Source: Thecamonas trahens ATCC 50062
Lineage: Eukaryota; Protista; Apusomonadida
Assembly (NCBI RefSeq): GCF_000142905.1
Contig: NW_013657660.1
Location: 461,315 to 525,314 of the forward strand
Reading direction: 5' to 3'
DNA length: 64,000 bases
Shown here: piece by piece, positions 1 through 11,472 of the stretch
Numbering within the stretch: position 1 is the first letter of the stretch
Layout of the letters: each line of letters opens with the position of its first letter
Program-made: the position numbers and the translations under genes
Notes under the pieces: generated by a model
Database searches by the model: none
Seen by the model: only the letters and a program-made list of their open reading frames with translations
Told to the model about the DNA's origin: nothing

Positions 1-932
1 AGTGGAAGAGCGGCAGGTTCGGCTGGGCCTTGGCGGCCTTGGCAGCGTCGTCCTCAACCTCGACCGCGCTCGACGACTCGCCGGGGAAGATGAGCTCAAA
101 CTTGGGCGCGTACAGCTCGGACATCATGTCGGCCTGCTGGTGCGAGTTGGCGTAGAGGCAGTAGATGCGATCGAGGACAATCGAGGCCGTCCGGTGGGTG
201 AGGAGCTTGCGGACCGAGCCCCTGATCTCCTCCAGCAGCTGCTTCAGCTGCGGCTTGCGGAGGTAGCCAAGGCAGGCGCGGACCACAAAGTGGCCGTACG
301 GCGAGCACATGAGCTCGGCAAGTTGACCCTGGAGCTCGCCAAAGATCTCGAGCCGCTGCGGCTCAGATCCGGCCTTGAGTGCCCACTGAACGACGCGTGA
401 GCCATCATGCTTTGCAGCAAACGACATGACCTGACCACGGAGCAGAGTCATCAGCTCTTCCACAAGCTTGAAGCGCTTCTCCCCCGAAATCGCCGTCGCC
501 CCAGGACGAACCCGCTCCCAGATAGCCTTTGCCCTGGCCACGGCATCACCGTGGGCGCGAGCATTCTTGCGGTTCTTCTTGAGCTCCTTCTGTTCGAGAC
601 GCTTCTGTTTCTTGCCTACAAACCCAACCACGATATAGAACCACCACCATAGTATCATCATATAGCATAAACTGTGAGTAATATCATCCCTACCTTGCCT
701 ATCCCCCCCGCTAAGCTCACCACCAGCTCTTCGTCCTGGGATGATTAGATGCGACACGGATCCTGGCAGACACCGAGTGGGGGTGCAGGCAAGGGGCATG
801 GGAGCCGGTATGAAGAAAGAAATGCGCAAAGTTTGTTGGTAAGGAAAGTCTGTACGTACGCTCCTCCACAGTCTCCTCTTCAACTTCACGCTTGCGCTTA
901 ATAACAGTCCCTGCGGCCTTCTTGAACACCAT
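1..932 (-). CDS. PUF6: Puf6/PUM3 (Puf-A) pumilio-repeat ribosome biogenesis protein, 5' part; runs off the window start
   Basis: Manual translation, absent from the ORF track. Exon 1 932-860 (MVFKKAAGTVIKRKREVEEETVEE), intron 859-616 (GTACGT...TTTGTAG), exon 2 615-1 in phase: RKKQKRLEQKELKKNRK...AKAIWERVR...FAAKHDGSRVVQWALK...ELMCSPYGHFVVRACL...VRKLLTHRTASIVLDRIY. This matches the Puf6 N-terminal repeats. Confidence 0.88.
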
Positions 933-1879
933 GGCCAAATGTGGTGTGAGTGAGAGAGAGGATGGTTGCTCCGTCGCTCCTCGCCACCAATCGATGGCAT
1001 CGTCCCATCTCGCCAACGCTCCCCCCCCCCACCCGGCTCTGTTTGCAAATTTATCGTTGCTCCATTGATTATTTTCTCGATCGTGGTTGCGCTCACTCGA
1101 TCGGGTAGAGAGGATACGGGGCTGGGCGAGCTGATGGAAGGTGTTGGTAGAGGGCAAGTGTGTGTGTTTGTGTGTGTGTGTGTGTGTGTGTCTTTGCGGC
1201 GGGAGGATCAGACTGATGAGGTTGGTAGTGGTTGATGAGGAGTCAGGAAGAGGGCAGGGTGAGCGGATCGGGATGGTATTGAGGGATCAATGTGTTGGGG
1301 GCGGGGTGGGGCGGGGGGGTGGGTGGGTTGGCGGGGTTGCCTGTGTGTGGAGGGTTGTGGGAGTTGTTGGGCTGTGCAAGCTCCCTACACCCATCCATCA
1401 CAACCTCAATAGTCTTTCAACAGGCACCCAAACTAGTCATCTAATGCTGATCGCATGAGGAACCCTCCATTCCTTCCCTCTCACTGTACTTGGAATCAAG
1501 CCGCATCACGCTGCCTCCGATCAAGCTCGGTAGCTTGGCCGGTATCGGCACAGGGAAGACAGGCAAGCGTGGCGGTGGGGGGGGGGGGTGGGGGGTGAGC
1601 CTCAATCAACAAAAAAATAGTCACTAGCCACGTCATATTCAGCAAATGACGATGGTTGTCATTGGCATTGAAGCAAAATATGCGGAAGCGGAAGCGGGAG
1701 CAAGTGGCGGCGGCGTCAGCGGTGTGCTTGCAGCACTCGACTCGACTCAAACTGCGTGGAGGAGGAAGAGAGCGAGGGAGAGGGAGGTAGAGGAGGGATT
1801 GAGAGAGAGAAAGAGAGAGAGATAGGGATACAGAGGGGATTTAAGGAGATAGAGTTGTATTGGGGAGAAGGACAACATC

Positions 1880-3198
1880 ATGCCTAGCCCGCGTACGTGC
1901 GACTGTGCGCTGTGTGGACTGTCCTTTACGCGAGAGTCCAACTTGCTCCGCCACATGGCCACCGTTCATGGTGATGGCGTTGGCCATGTTTGCTCAGAGT
2001 GTGGCAAGCGATTTTCAAGAAGGGATACTCTTGAACGTCACAAGGTCTCGGTTCATGGTCATGCATCGGGTTCATCCTCTCGTCCTCAGTGTCCTGTCTG
2101 CTTCAAGTATTACTCGAGAGTCTCTTCGCTCAAGCGTCACATCGCCTCGTTTCATCCCGAGTACAAGGCCGGTGCTGCCGCGGCGCTCAGGACCAAACCA
2201 TCGGCTTCATCTGCTACCACTTCTACTTCTCGTTCGACTCCATCATCGACCTCGGCTCGCTCGCAGCCCTCGGCCCAACCGTCTACACCTCCTACATTAG
2301 CATCTCCTCATCCGCTGCCTACCTCTGCTCCGCCGCCGTCATCAACTCCGTACGCCTCGTCGTCGGCCGCTGCGCCTCCTCCGTCACACATCCTGCCGCA
2401 ACTTCCGGCAGCTGCTGCGGTTGAGGGTCCACCGGCTCTTCTGGCCATGCTCCCGGTTCCATCGGCCGTCTCGGCGGCGGCAACGTCATCGCCATCGGAC
2501 GCTGCATCGACGCTGTCACAGCTCGCGAGCCATCCGCATGGGCTCGGCTGTAGCCACGACCACGGCCACGCCCACGGCCATATCCACGACCACGGCTATG
2601 CCCATGGCTGTGCCCACGGCCATGCCCACGGCCATGCCCACGGCCATGCCCACGGTCATTCCCACGACCATGCCCACGGCCATGCCCACGGCCATGCCCA
2701 CGGCCATGGCACGGCGACCATGTGGATGCCCTGGTCGACGGCAGGCTGGTTCATCTCTGCCGCGGGACCGACGAGGCTGCCAATGGCGCGAGCAGGTGTA
2801 GTCAGGCCGACGAGTCGGCGGCCAAGACGGCGGATGCCGGTGCAAGTGGAGAGAACGTCGATAGCTCACTCTGGCGGCTTGATCCCGGCTACCACGCCCA
2901 CATCCACGAGCTCTTTCCGCTCCCTCTCGACTCTGGGAGCGAGGTGACGACGGCCAACCTGGAGCTGCCGTCGGACCACATCCACGGGCCCAACTGCGGC
3001 CACGCCCGCATTCTCCACGACGATCACTTTGACTACCTCGTCGACTCGTGGCTCCACCACGTTGAGACTGGCGTCGACGAGTTCCACGGGCGTGTTCCGG
3101 ATCTAACTCCGCTCCCGCTTCCGCCCGTCTGCTCCACCGCTCCGCCGCCGAGCCCGAACATTCCGCCTCTCCCGCCGCCGCCGACGTCGCGACGGTGA
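1880..3198 (+). CDS. C2H2 zinc-finger protein (3 fingers) with His-rich repeat and C-terminal His/Cys/Asp modules; apparent -1 frame break near 2707-2711
   Basis: Fingers CALCGLSFTRESNLLRHMATVH, CSECGKRFSRRDTLERHKVSVH and CPVCFKYYSRVSSLKRHIASFH, then a Ser/Pro linker and (HAHG)n. Protein-like sequence continues in another frame (HGDHVDALVDGRLVH...HIHGPNCGHARILHDDHFDYLVDSWLHH) to TGA at 3198. Confidence 0.8.
2556..2715 (+). repeat. Coding 12-bp tandem repeat (CATGCCCACGGC)n encoding HAHG
   Basis: About 13 imperfect units visible; the last unit reads CATGGCACGGC (11 nt). Confidence 0.9.
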
Positions 3199-3273
3199 GC
3201 TAGGCTCGCCTGCACTGCGGTGTACGTGTACAGGTTAAATTGTGTCTTTTCTGCTTTGTCCAGGACTCTCGCG

Positions 3274-6200
3274 CTACGCTTCCTGGGCCATGATGCCAGC
3301 GATAAAGTCCTTGGCGGTCTCCTGGTCGACCTGCTGGATGGTGGAGACCTTTGCGGTCTTCGAGTAGACGACCTGGTAGAACTGGTGGGCGACGTCGAGC
3401 ATTTCCGGGCGGAAGGTGGTGGTGATGAACTGCGCCGAGTGCGAGGCGGCCTGCTTGGAGATGAGGGTGGCGACGGCAGTCCGATGGGCGGCGTCGAGCG
3501 CCGAGTCGATCTCGTCAAAGAGATAGAACGGCGCGGGATCGGTCCGCTGAATGGCAAAGATGAGGGCGAGGGCGACGACCGACTTTTGCCCGCCGGAGAG
3601 CTGCGAGATGGAAAAGGTCTCGCCAGCGCCGGTGAACGAGACCTTCATGGCCACGCCGACGTACTTGCGGATGCGCTCGGGGCCCTCACCAGCGGCCTTG
3701 CCCTTGGCCGCCGACGCCTTGCTCGACCGCGAGGTCGGGCGGTTCTCGTCCATGGGCGCGAGGCCCGAGTCGTCGTCGCTGTCCGAGGCGACGTCGTCGG
3801 CGCCGTCGTCGGTGAGCATGACCAGCGAGGCCTTGCCCGACGGAACGAGCTCGCGGAAGACCTGCGCAAAGTGCATGGCCACGCCCTTGAACGTCCGCTG
3901 GATGGCCTCGTCCTTGCGCTCGTCGAGGCTATCGATGAGCTCGCGGATCGAGGCTGCGCCCTCGTCGAGGACCGCCTTGCGCTCGCGGAGCGACTTGCGC
4001 TGCTCGTTGAACGAGATGTACTGGTCGAGCGCCTTCTTGTTCACGTGGTTGTACTTGGTCAGCTTGCGGTTGACGCCGTGCAGCTTGCGGAGCAGCGTCT
4101 TGGCGTTGACGTTTTCGTACTTGTCAAAGGCCTCGCCGGGCAGCGAGCCGAGCTCGCGGATCTTGCGCGTTGCTTCCTCGCGCGAGGCCAGCAGGACCGA
4201 CCGCTTTTGCAGGATGCGCTCCATGGCCTGGGCCTGCTCATCGACCGTAGTCCGGTGGATCCGGTCGGCGGCGCGGAGCTTCTCGACCTGCGTCCGCAGC
4301 TCGGCCTCGCTCTTGGCGGCGGCGTCGCGGGCGGTGGCAAGCTCGGCGGCGCGGGCCTCGGCCGTCTCGGCCGCCTTGGTCGCCGCCGCAAGCTCCGCTT
4401 CCAGCGACGCCGCGTCTTCCTCCTGCGCCTCCAGCCGAACGCCGTCGAGCTCCTGCTCGAGCTCGGTTGCCCGCTTCCGCAGGTGGTTCGCCAGCGTCGA
4501 CGACAGCTCGGCCTTCTCCAGCTCGAGCTGGGCACGGGTCGATGACGCCGCGAGCAACTGCGCTTGCAGGTCCGCCAGCCGCGACTCGGCGGCGTCAAGC
4601 GCAGCCTTGTCGTCGGCCGTGAGCGCCGAGACAAGCGGCGTGCCGAGCTCGGCGCGGAGCGCAGCGGTCTCCTCGTCGAGCCGGGCGAGCTCGGCCTGGA
4701 CCGATGCCAGCGAGTCGACAACCGCCGACGCCGACGTGACCGACGCCGTCGACTGGGCCACCACCGACGCCAGCTCGTCCTGGGCCCGGCGGTGTGCGTC
4801 GAGCGCGTCGGCACGGCTGGCCTGCACCTGCTGCGCCTGAGAGAGAAGGCTGGTGACCTTGGCGTCGAGCTCGACAGCCGCTGCCTTGGCCTCGGCCGCA
4901 GACGCCTTGAGCGCCGACGACTCGGCGCGGGCGGCACGGACCTGGGCCATCGCCACCAGACGGCTCCGCTTCTTGTCGGTGTATCCGCCCGAGAGCGCAC
5001 CCTTGCGCGAGACCTTGTCACCGTCAAGCGTGACGCAGTCGACCGAGGCCGACGCCGCAAAGTGGGCAGCAATGTCGAGCGAGCGGCAGACGAGCGCCCG
5101 GCCAAACACGTTGCGCATGGCAGGCTCAAACACATTCTCAAACGAGAGCTGGTCGAGGAGCGGAAGCGCATCGTCCGAGACCGGCAGCGGCGGAATGTTG
5201 TTGACAAGCCGCGAGAGCGGCATGAACGTGACCCGGCCCGACTTTTCGCGGTTCATGACGTGGAGGACCTGGGCGGCAACCTCGTCGTCGTCGACAACCA
5301 CGTTGAAGAGCGACGAGCCGCCGATGGCCTCGACGGCAGCCATAAACTCGTCCGAGCAAGCAAAGAGCTCAATGAGCGGGCCGTGGACACCGGCGATGCC
5401 GTGCTGCGCCGCAATGCGCGAGACAGACTGGACGCCATTCCATGCCGCGCCCGACATCGACGATCGCAGCAGCCGCTCAGCCGACGCCGCCTTGGCCGCC
5501 GCAGCCTCCAGCTCCTTACCCATCCGGGCCTCGACCCGCCACGCCTCCTTCCGCGCGTTGGTCGCCTCGTCGCGCTCGGCCTTGATCCGCGCCAGCTCGG
5601 CGTTGAACGACTCCATCTTGCCCGCCGTCTCGGCAATGACCGCCTTGAGCGCAGTCCGGCGCGTGGCCACGTCATCCGCCGCCGTGCTCTGGGCGGCAAC
5701 CTCGGCCTCGAGGCTTGCCACCTGGTCGCGCTTCGACGCGACGAGTGCGTCCATGGTCTCGAGCTCGGCCTGGATCCATGCGTCGCGCTCCGCCGGCGAC
5801 GAAAACTGCCGCGAGCGACCCGACTTGGCGTAGAGCGCGTCGACAGCAACCTTGACCGACGCCTCCTGGGCCGCCAGCGCCGCCTCCTCGGCCTTGACGG
5901 CCTCAAACTCGGGTTCGACTACCGCAAGCCGGGCCTCGGCAGCCTGAATGCTGCGGGTGAGCTCGTCGAGCTCTGTGCGCATAGCGGCAAAACGCTGGGC
6001 CTTGGTCGAGCCCGAGCGCAGAGCGTCGGCGACCCGGAGCTCGAGGCGAGCCTTGTTTTCCAGCGCATCGGTCCGCTCGTCGCTGGCGGCCTTGAGCTTA
6101 GCCTTGAGCTCCTCGAGCTTGCCCCCCAGCGCCGCGAGCTCGGCCTCGCGCGCCGCCAGCAGCTCGCTGTCGTCGGCTGACGCCCGGTGGTTGGTCTCGG

Positions 6201-7371
6201 CGAGCTCGACTTGCTCCTGGCGGGTGAGCTCGAGCGCCTCGAGCTCGGCAACTGCAGCCTTGAGGTCGCCATTGTAGATGGCGTACTCGAGGCAGCGGCG
6301 GTCTTTGTCGAGCTCCTGGTACTCGGCGAGCTCTTTCTTCTCGGCTTCGAGCTCGGCGAGGCGCTCCTCGATGTACTTGAGTACGTCGGCAATCTTGGTG
6401 CGGCGCTCGTCAGTGTCCTCCATGATCTCGATCGACTGCGCCCGCGACTCGTCGTACACCCGTGTTCCGGCCACCTCCTTGAGGAGGTCCAGCCGCGCGT
6501 TGTCCTTCATCATCGAGAGGGCGGCAATGCGTCCCTGGCGGACAATGTAGTACGGGTTCGACCGCGAGAAGCCGGCAGACTCGAGCATCGAGTTGATCTC
6601 GGCCCGCGACGTGTTCTTCTTGTCCACAAAGTACTCGTCCTTCTTCTGCCCAATCGTCCGCCGAATGACCACTTCGTCGCGATCCACAGGGAACCGCTCG
6701 TCCGAGTTGTCAAACGTCAACTCCACAAAGGCCGACATGACCGCAAGACCGGCACCCTCATGAAGCATAGCCACCCGCTGCTCCTGCGAGAGGCTCTGGT
6801 ACTCGTCAGAGAGCACAAACTCGATGGCAAAGAAGAAGTTCGACTTGCCAGACCCATTCTCTCCCACTGTTCACACCCAGCGTCCGCCCGCCCATCTCCT
6901 GTGAGTCGTTCTGTTGATGACCGAGTGTGTCCTTGGGCGTCCTCGCTCGCTCAAGATCAACCAGCGTTGGGGGGGGGGGGGGGGTGGCGAACAGCCTCTG
7001 TGGCTGCGTATGGGAGAGCTACGCGGAGGGAGAACAAGCGTACGGCGTGTTGCCTCTAGTGTACATGTGATGTGCGCTTGTGGGGCGTGGGGGAGTATGC
7101 GTGCGTGTGTGGGGGGGTGGACGGTTGTGGGGAGGGAGGGAGGGGGAGGTGGGGGAGGTGAAAAGGGTCGTGATTCCGTTTTTCCGGTTCTACGACCTTT
7201 TTCCGACCCCCCCTACCATAGGCATAGAAAACATAATGCATATATAACACGGAGAAGGGCAGAGTCATGCCCCAACGTACCAACAACGTTGTGCTGTGAC
7301 GAGAATGGCGCTACGCGTGTTAGGTCCTTGTAGGACTTGAAGCCCTGGAGCGTGATCGCCTTGATGTGCAT
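3274..7371 (-). CDS. SMC3: Cohesin subunit SMC3
   Basis: Exon 1 7371-7281 MHIKAITLQGFKSYKD...HNVV, intron 7280-6867 (GTACGT...AACAG), then Walker A GENGSGKSNFF, LESAGFSRSNPYYIVRQG, hinge GRVTFMPL, signature LSGGQKSVVALALIFAIQ and Walker B FYLFDEID. Confidence 0.97.
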
Positions 7372-7534
7372 CGTCCAGCAGCCAGAGGATTCTACCAATC
7401 GAGACGAGCGTTAACTGTTGAGTGACGAGTGGCGGGCGGCGGGCGGCGGATGCCTGGCAACGGGGGGGAGGGCGGCGAGGCGGATGGTGTCAGATGATCG
7501 AGAACTGTAGTGACTACTGCGGTTACAGCTGCGG

Positions 7535-9613
7535 CTAGAACTCGGGTGGAGAGTAAAAGGAGGTGGGGATGTTGGCCAGATCGTCAGAGTCTGAGCGGTT
7601 GCGAGCAAGGCTGTGGCTCGAGTACTCTGCCGAGGTTGAGGGCTCTGCCGAGGGTGGGGACGAGGGGGAGGACAGTGCGCCGGCTTCGTAGGTGGCATCA
7701 GCGCCATCAGTGGCGGGCTGGTGAGTGGAATGCGGCAGCAGCGGCGCTTCGACGTAGTCAAAGCCGTGAGCGTCAGAGGGAGAGGACGAGGAGGCCGAGC
7801 CAGATGAGAGGCGATTGAGCGAGGGCGGGACGTAGTCGCCGGTGGCGTTGCTCGCGCGCTGCTCTGCGAGGAGGACGGCGAGGGCCGGGTCGGACGAAGA
7901 AACGCCCTCGGAGATGGCAGTAGGGACAAGCGAGGCCGGGACGAGCTCGAGCTCGTGGTTGAACTCGATGAGGTGGCACGGCGCGTTCGGGTTGTACTTG
8001 TTCGAGACAAGCGGGAGGATGATGCGCTTGTCGAGGGAGCGCCAGCACTCGGCAGTGGCGGAGCGGTAGCGAGCGCGGCGCGAGGTGGAGCGGCGGGCGG
8101 AGGAGGAGGCGACGGCAACGGAGCGGCGGCCGTCGAGGCCGCCGAGAACGTTGGCGGCCTCGGCCGCTTGGCGGGAGGATGAGGCGACCAGCGGGGTGTT
8201 CCGAGAGGCGCTGTTGTGCTCGGCAACGTCGTGCATCTCGTAGTCGCCGTCGCGCGGCGAGGAGGCTGGGCGGCCGCCGGCCGCCGAGCCGTTGAGGCCG
8301 AGCAGCTTGAGAAGCGGACCCATGGTGCCGCCGGTAAAGATAGTGGCGACGACGACACCATGGGTGGTGGCGACCAGGAGCGGGCGGGAGCTGGTGGGCA
8401 AAGTGAGGGCGAGCGCGTACGAAACGGCACCGCGGAGGCCAGCAGCCCACATGACCATCTGCATGGCCGGAGTGATCTTGGTCTTGCGGCCGCAGTTGAG
8501 GGCGGCCGAGAGAGGGACAACGTTGGCGGCGCGGCCGATGAGACAGGCCATAAAGCAGGCGACAATAAAGATGGGTTCGTAGGCGCGCTCAAAGGTAAAG
8601 GCAGAGAGGCCGAGGTAGGCAAAGATGACGGTCTCTGCGAGCTCGGCGAGCGAGCGGAACATGAAGATGCAGCCCTCCTGACCCTTGGATGAGAGGTTGT
8701 ACCATGCGTAGTGGCGCACGCTTGCGCCAAAGGCAAAGACTGCGGTGATGCCCGAGAGCTGCGAGGCACCAGCGAGGAGATAGGTGGCAAAGGCTGTCAG
8801 CAGCAGGATGGTGGCCTCCATGGTGGGGAAGAGGTACAGCCGGGCGTGCTTGGTGCCAAAGGCGAGGGCGATGGCGGCGAGAGTGCCAAAGACAACAGAG
8901 CCGACAAGGACCACTACAAACTGGACAAAGGCCAAGGTGAGCGTGCCGGCAGTGACAGGATCGTCGACGTACTGCAGCAGAGCGCCAAAGAGGACAATGG
9001 CAACAGCGTCGTTCATGACCGACTCGCCAAAGACGAGCGAGTCGAGCGTCTTGTCGGCATCAAGGGTGTGGAAGATAGCAAGCGTAGAGACCGGATCGGT
9101 AGCCGAGATGAGAGAGCCAAACAAGAGAGCCTCCACGATGGAGAGCTGCTTGTCAGCGGCGAGACCGAAAGAAGCAGCCCAAGCGAAGAGGCCAACGACA
9201 ACGGTAGAGATGATGGTGCCGGGAATGGCGAAGGTCATGATGGAGCCCAAGTTTGCGAAAAAGGCTTTGGCATGGAGACCAAAGCCCGACTCAAAGATCA
9301 AAGGCGGCAAGAGGAGTGTGGTAAACACGCTCGAGTTGAACTCGGTCATCGAGGCAGATGCTCTTGGCGCCGTCCACCGCAAGAGAGCGCCTGCGAGCAT
9401 ACCCAGAACAATGACGGCTCCAGAAGGCGGGACAATGGTAACAGCCGATGCCTTGAGAAGGTATGACACAATGTATGCAACAAGAACAAGTAGCGTGAGA
9501 AGTCCTGTTTGTAGGTCGATGGTCTCCTCTGTCATGGCGGTGGCCAGGTAGGTGGGTGTCACCGTGGTGGAGTCAGGTGGTGGCGTTCTCCATCGAGCAT
9601 CATCGCCCACCAT
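7535..9613 (-). CDS. Na+/H+ exchanger, CPA1 family (endomembrane NHE8/NHX-like)
   Basis: About 12 hydrophobic segments; LLPPLIFESG, FGSLISATDPVS, LVFGESVMNDAVAIV, GLRGAVSYAL. The start may instead be the ATG at 9535 (gccaccgccATG). Confidence 0.95.
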   Translation of the reverse strand: MVGDDARWRTPPPDSTTVTPTYLATAMTEETIDLQTGLLTLLVLVAYIVSYLLKASAVTIVPPSGAVIVLGMLAGALLRWTAPRASASMTEFNSSVFTTLLLPPLIFESGFGLHAKAFFANLGSIMTFAIPGTIISTVVVGLFAWAASFGLAADKQLSIVEALLFGSLISATDPVSTLAIFHTLDADKTLDSLVFGESVMNDAVAIVLFGALLQYVDDPVTAGTLTLAFVQFVVVLVGSVVFGTLAAIALAFGTKHARLYLFPTMEATILLLTAFATYLLAGASQLSGITAVFAFGASVRHYAWYNLSSKGQEGCIFMFRSLAELAETVIFAYLGLSAFTFERAYEPIFIVACFMACLIGRAANVVPLSAALNCGRKTKITPAMQMVMWAAGLRGAVSYALALTLPTSSRPLLVATTHGVVVATIFTGGTMGPLLKLLGLNGSAAGGRPASSPRDGDYEMHDVAEHNSASRNTPLVASSSRQAAEAANVLGGLDGRRSVAVASSSARRSTSRRARYRSATAECWRSLDKRIILPLVSNKYNPNAPCHLIEFNHELELVPASLVPTAISEGVSSSDPALAVLLAEQRASNATGDYVPPSLNRLSSGSASSSSPSDAHGFDYVEAPLLPHSTHQPATDGADATYEAGALSSPSSPPSAEPSTSAEYSSHSLARNRSDSDDLANIPTSFYSPPEF

Positions 9614-10154
9614 CCATTGCCAACTCGCTCCATAGACGCCACATCCTCCTCACCTTGATGTTGATCGATGTGTAGACGGCGATAGAAGGATGGAAGGATG
9701 GACTGGTCGCTCGACGGGGGACGATGAGGGCACGAGGTGACGGCGTGTGTAGAGTGTGAGACGTGTGCGGCGGAGTTTTATTTGATCTCTGGATTGAAAC
9801 TGGAGATGATGAAGACGCCAGCTTGAACAGTGGCAAAGGTTAAGTTTATGCATGCTCATGGAGATGATGTCTTGGCTAATGGCTAGTGTAGATCATGTGC
9901 ACACGTTGTGGTTGTTTTCGGGAGAATCGGAGAGTGTGGAAGAGTGTGGGGCTGTGTGAAGCTGCATGATGGTCCGTACAGCTGGCTGGTGCGCCGCGCA
10001 GGCGTGCGAGATCTGCAGCTGCACCTCATGCTCGCTGCATCGGGCCCGCTGCAATGTCTCCACCACCATCTAGCCTGGATCCAGTCGTGAGCGGCTGCGT
10101 GCTGATGGGGTTTAGTGGCTGTCGGCCGTTCTACATGGACGGGCCAGGCCGCAG

Positions 10155-10595
10155 CTACGGGTAGGCAATGTTCTCGCCAAAGCCGGTGACCTCGGTGAAG
10201 AGGAAGCCATGGGGCGCGGTAGCGTTTGCAATCATCGAGTAGGTGTTGTAGCCGGTGGCGATGAGCTCCTTGCCGGCGGGGCTAATGGAGACAAGGTACT
10301 TTGCCAGAGCGCGAGTCTCGCCGTTGTAGATGAACTCGGACTGGTACGAGTACGCGCCGAGCTTTGCAAACGAGGTGTACTGAGAGCAAAAGGTAGCGAT
10401 GGTGGCCGGGCCAGTAAAGGCATTGCCCTGCGGACCGTAGATCACTCCATCATCCGTCCACAACGAGCCAAACTGCTCGCACTCGCCCGAGAGCAGCAGC
10501 TCCTTGTACTCTATCATGAGCGAGTCCGTAGTTGCCGAGGCGGCAGCGAAAAGGGCAGCAAGAGCGAGAGCAACGATAACGAAGCGCATCACCAT
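10155..10595 (-). CDS. Small secreted protein, probable SnoaL/NTF2-like fold
   Basis: Signal peptide MRFVIVALALAALFAAASA. The segment LWTDDGVIYGPQGNAFTGPATIATF resembles the SnoaL-like 'l(f/w)tdDav...g....G..aI' pattern. Codon usage is host-like. Confidence 0.6.
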   Translation of the reverse strand: MVMRFVIVALALAALFAAASATTDSLMIEYKELLLSGECEQFGSLWTDDGVIYGPQGNAFTGPATIATFCSQYTSFAKLGAYSYQSEFIYNGETRALAKYLVSISPAGKELIATGYNTYSMIANATAPHGFLFTEVTGFGENIAYP

Positions 10596-10984
10596 CTATA
10601 TTTGGTAAGCAAGAGTGGTGTATGTGTGCTTGTGTTTGTGCGTGCGTGTGTGTGTGTGTGGTTGACACGTGTGCGTGCGTGCTTGTGTGTGTGTGTGTGT
10701 GCGCGTGGTGTCTGCTGTTTTGCCGTCATCTCGTGTGCGGAGCATGGTGCGGACCTTGAAGCGGGCTAAGATGCGGAGAGGAATGCGATATCCAATCCCA
10801 TGCCCCCCTTTCCAGCGAGATGTGATTAGGGTGACGCCGGCTGATGTGGTGACCCATCATCCCCCGACCCATCCCCCCAGCGTACGCCGCAATTACGCCC
10901 TTTGCAGCTTGGGCTCCACAATATGGGCCTAACTTTGGGCGGGAACACCATTAGGGGCCGCGCCAAAGTACACGAAAATCAAAG

Positions 10985-11418
10985 NNNNNNNNNNNNNNNN
11001 NNNNNNNNNNNNNNNNNNNNNNNNNNNNNNNNNNNNNNNNNNNNNNNNNNNNNNNNNNNNNNNNNNNNNNNNNNNNNNNNNNNNNNNNNNNNNNNNNNNN
11101 NNNNNNNNNNNNNNNNNNNNNNNNNNNNNNNNNNNNNNNNNNNNNNNNNNNNNNNNNNNNNNNNNNNNNNNNNNNNNNNNNNNNNNNNNNNNNNNNNNNN
11201 NNNNNNNNNNNNNNNNNNNNNNNNNNNNNNNNNNNNNNNNNNNNNNNNNNNNNNNNNNNNNNNNNNNNNNNNNNNNNNNNNNNNNNNNNNNNNNNNNNNN
11301 NNNNNNNNNNNNNNNNNNNNNNNNNNNNNNNNNNNNNNNNNNNNNNNNNNNNNNNNNNNNNNNNNNNNNNNNNNNNNNNNNNNNNNNNNNNNNNNNNNNN
11401 NNNNNNNNNNNNNNNNNN
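10985..11418. other. Assembly gap (others at 12533-12775, 23877-24035, 57382-57851, 61058-61386)
   Basis: Runs of N. Confidence 1.
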
Positions 11419-11472
11419 TCACCACCACCACCACACACCACACCCACCCCCACCCCCCCCCTACCCAATACA

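Noticed and set aside
1158-1340. (GT)n tract and G-runs as G-quadruplex regulatory elements (also ~52010-52170 and ~55540)
   Set aside because: G/C runs and microsatellites occur in nearly every intergenic region here; nothing specific supports function.
3220-6180. Long plus-strand ORFs antisense to SMC3 (similarly 41510-43390, 44319-45839, 52971-54380 and others)
   Set aside because: Shadow ORFs produced by high GC3 codon bias of the real gene; no family motifs.
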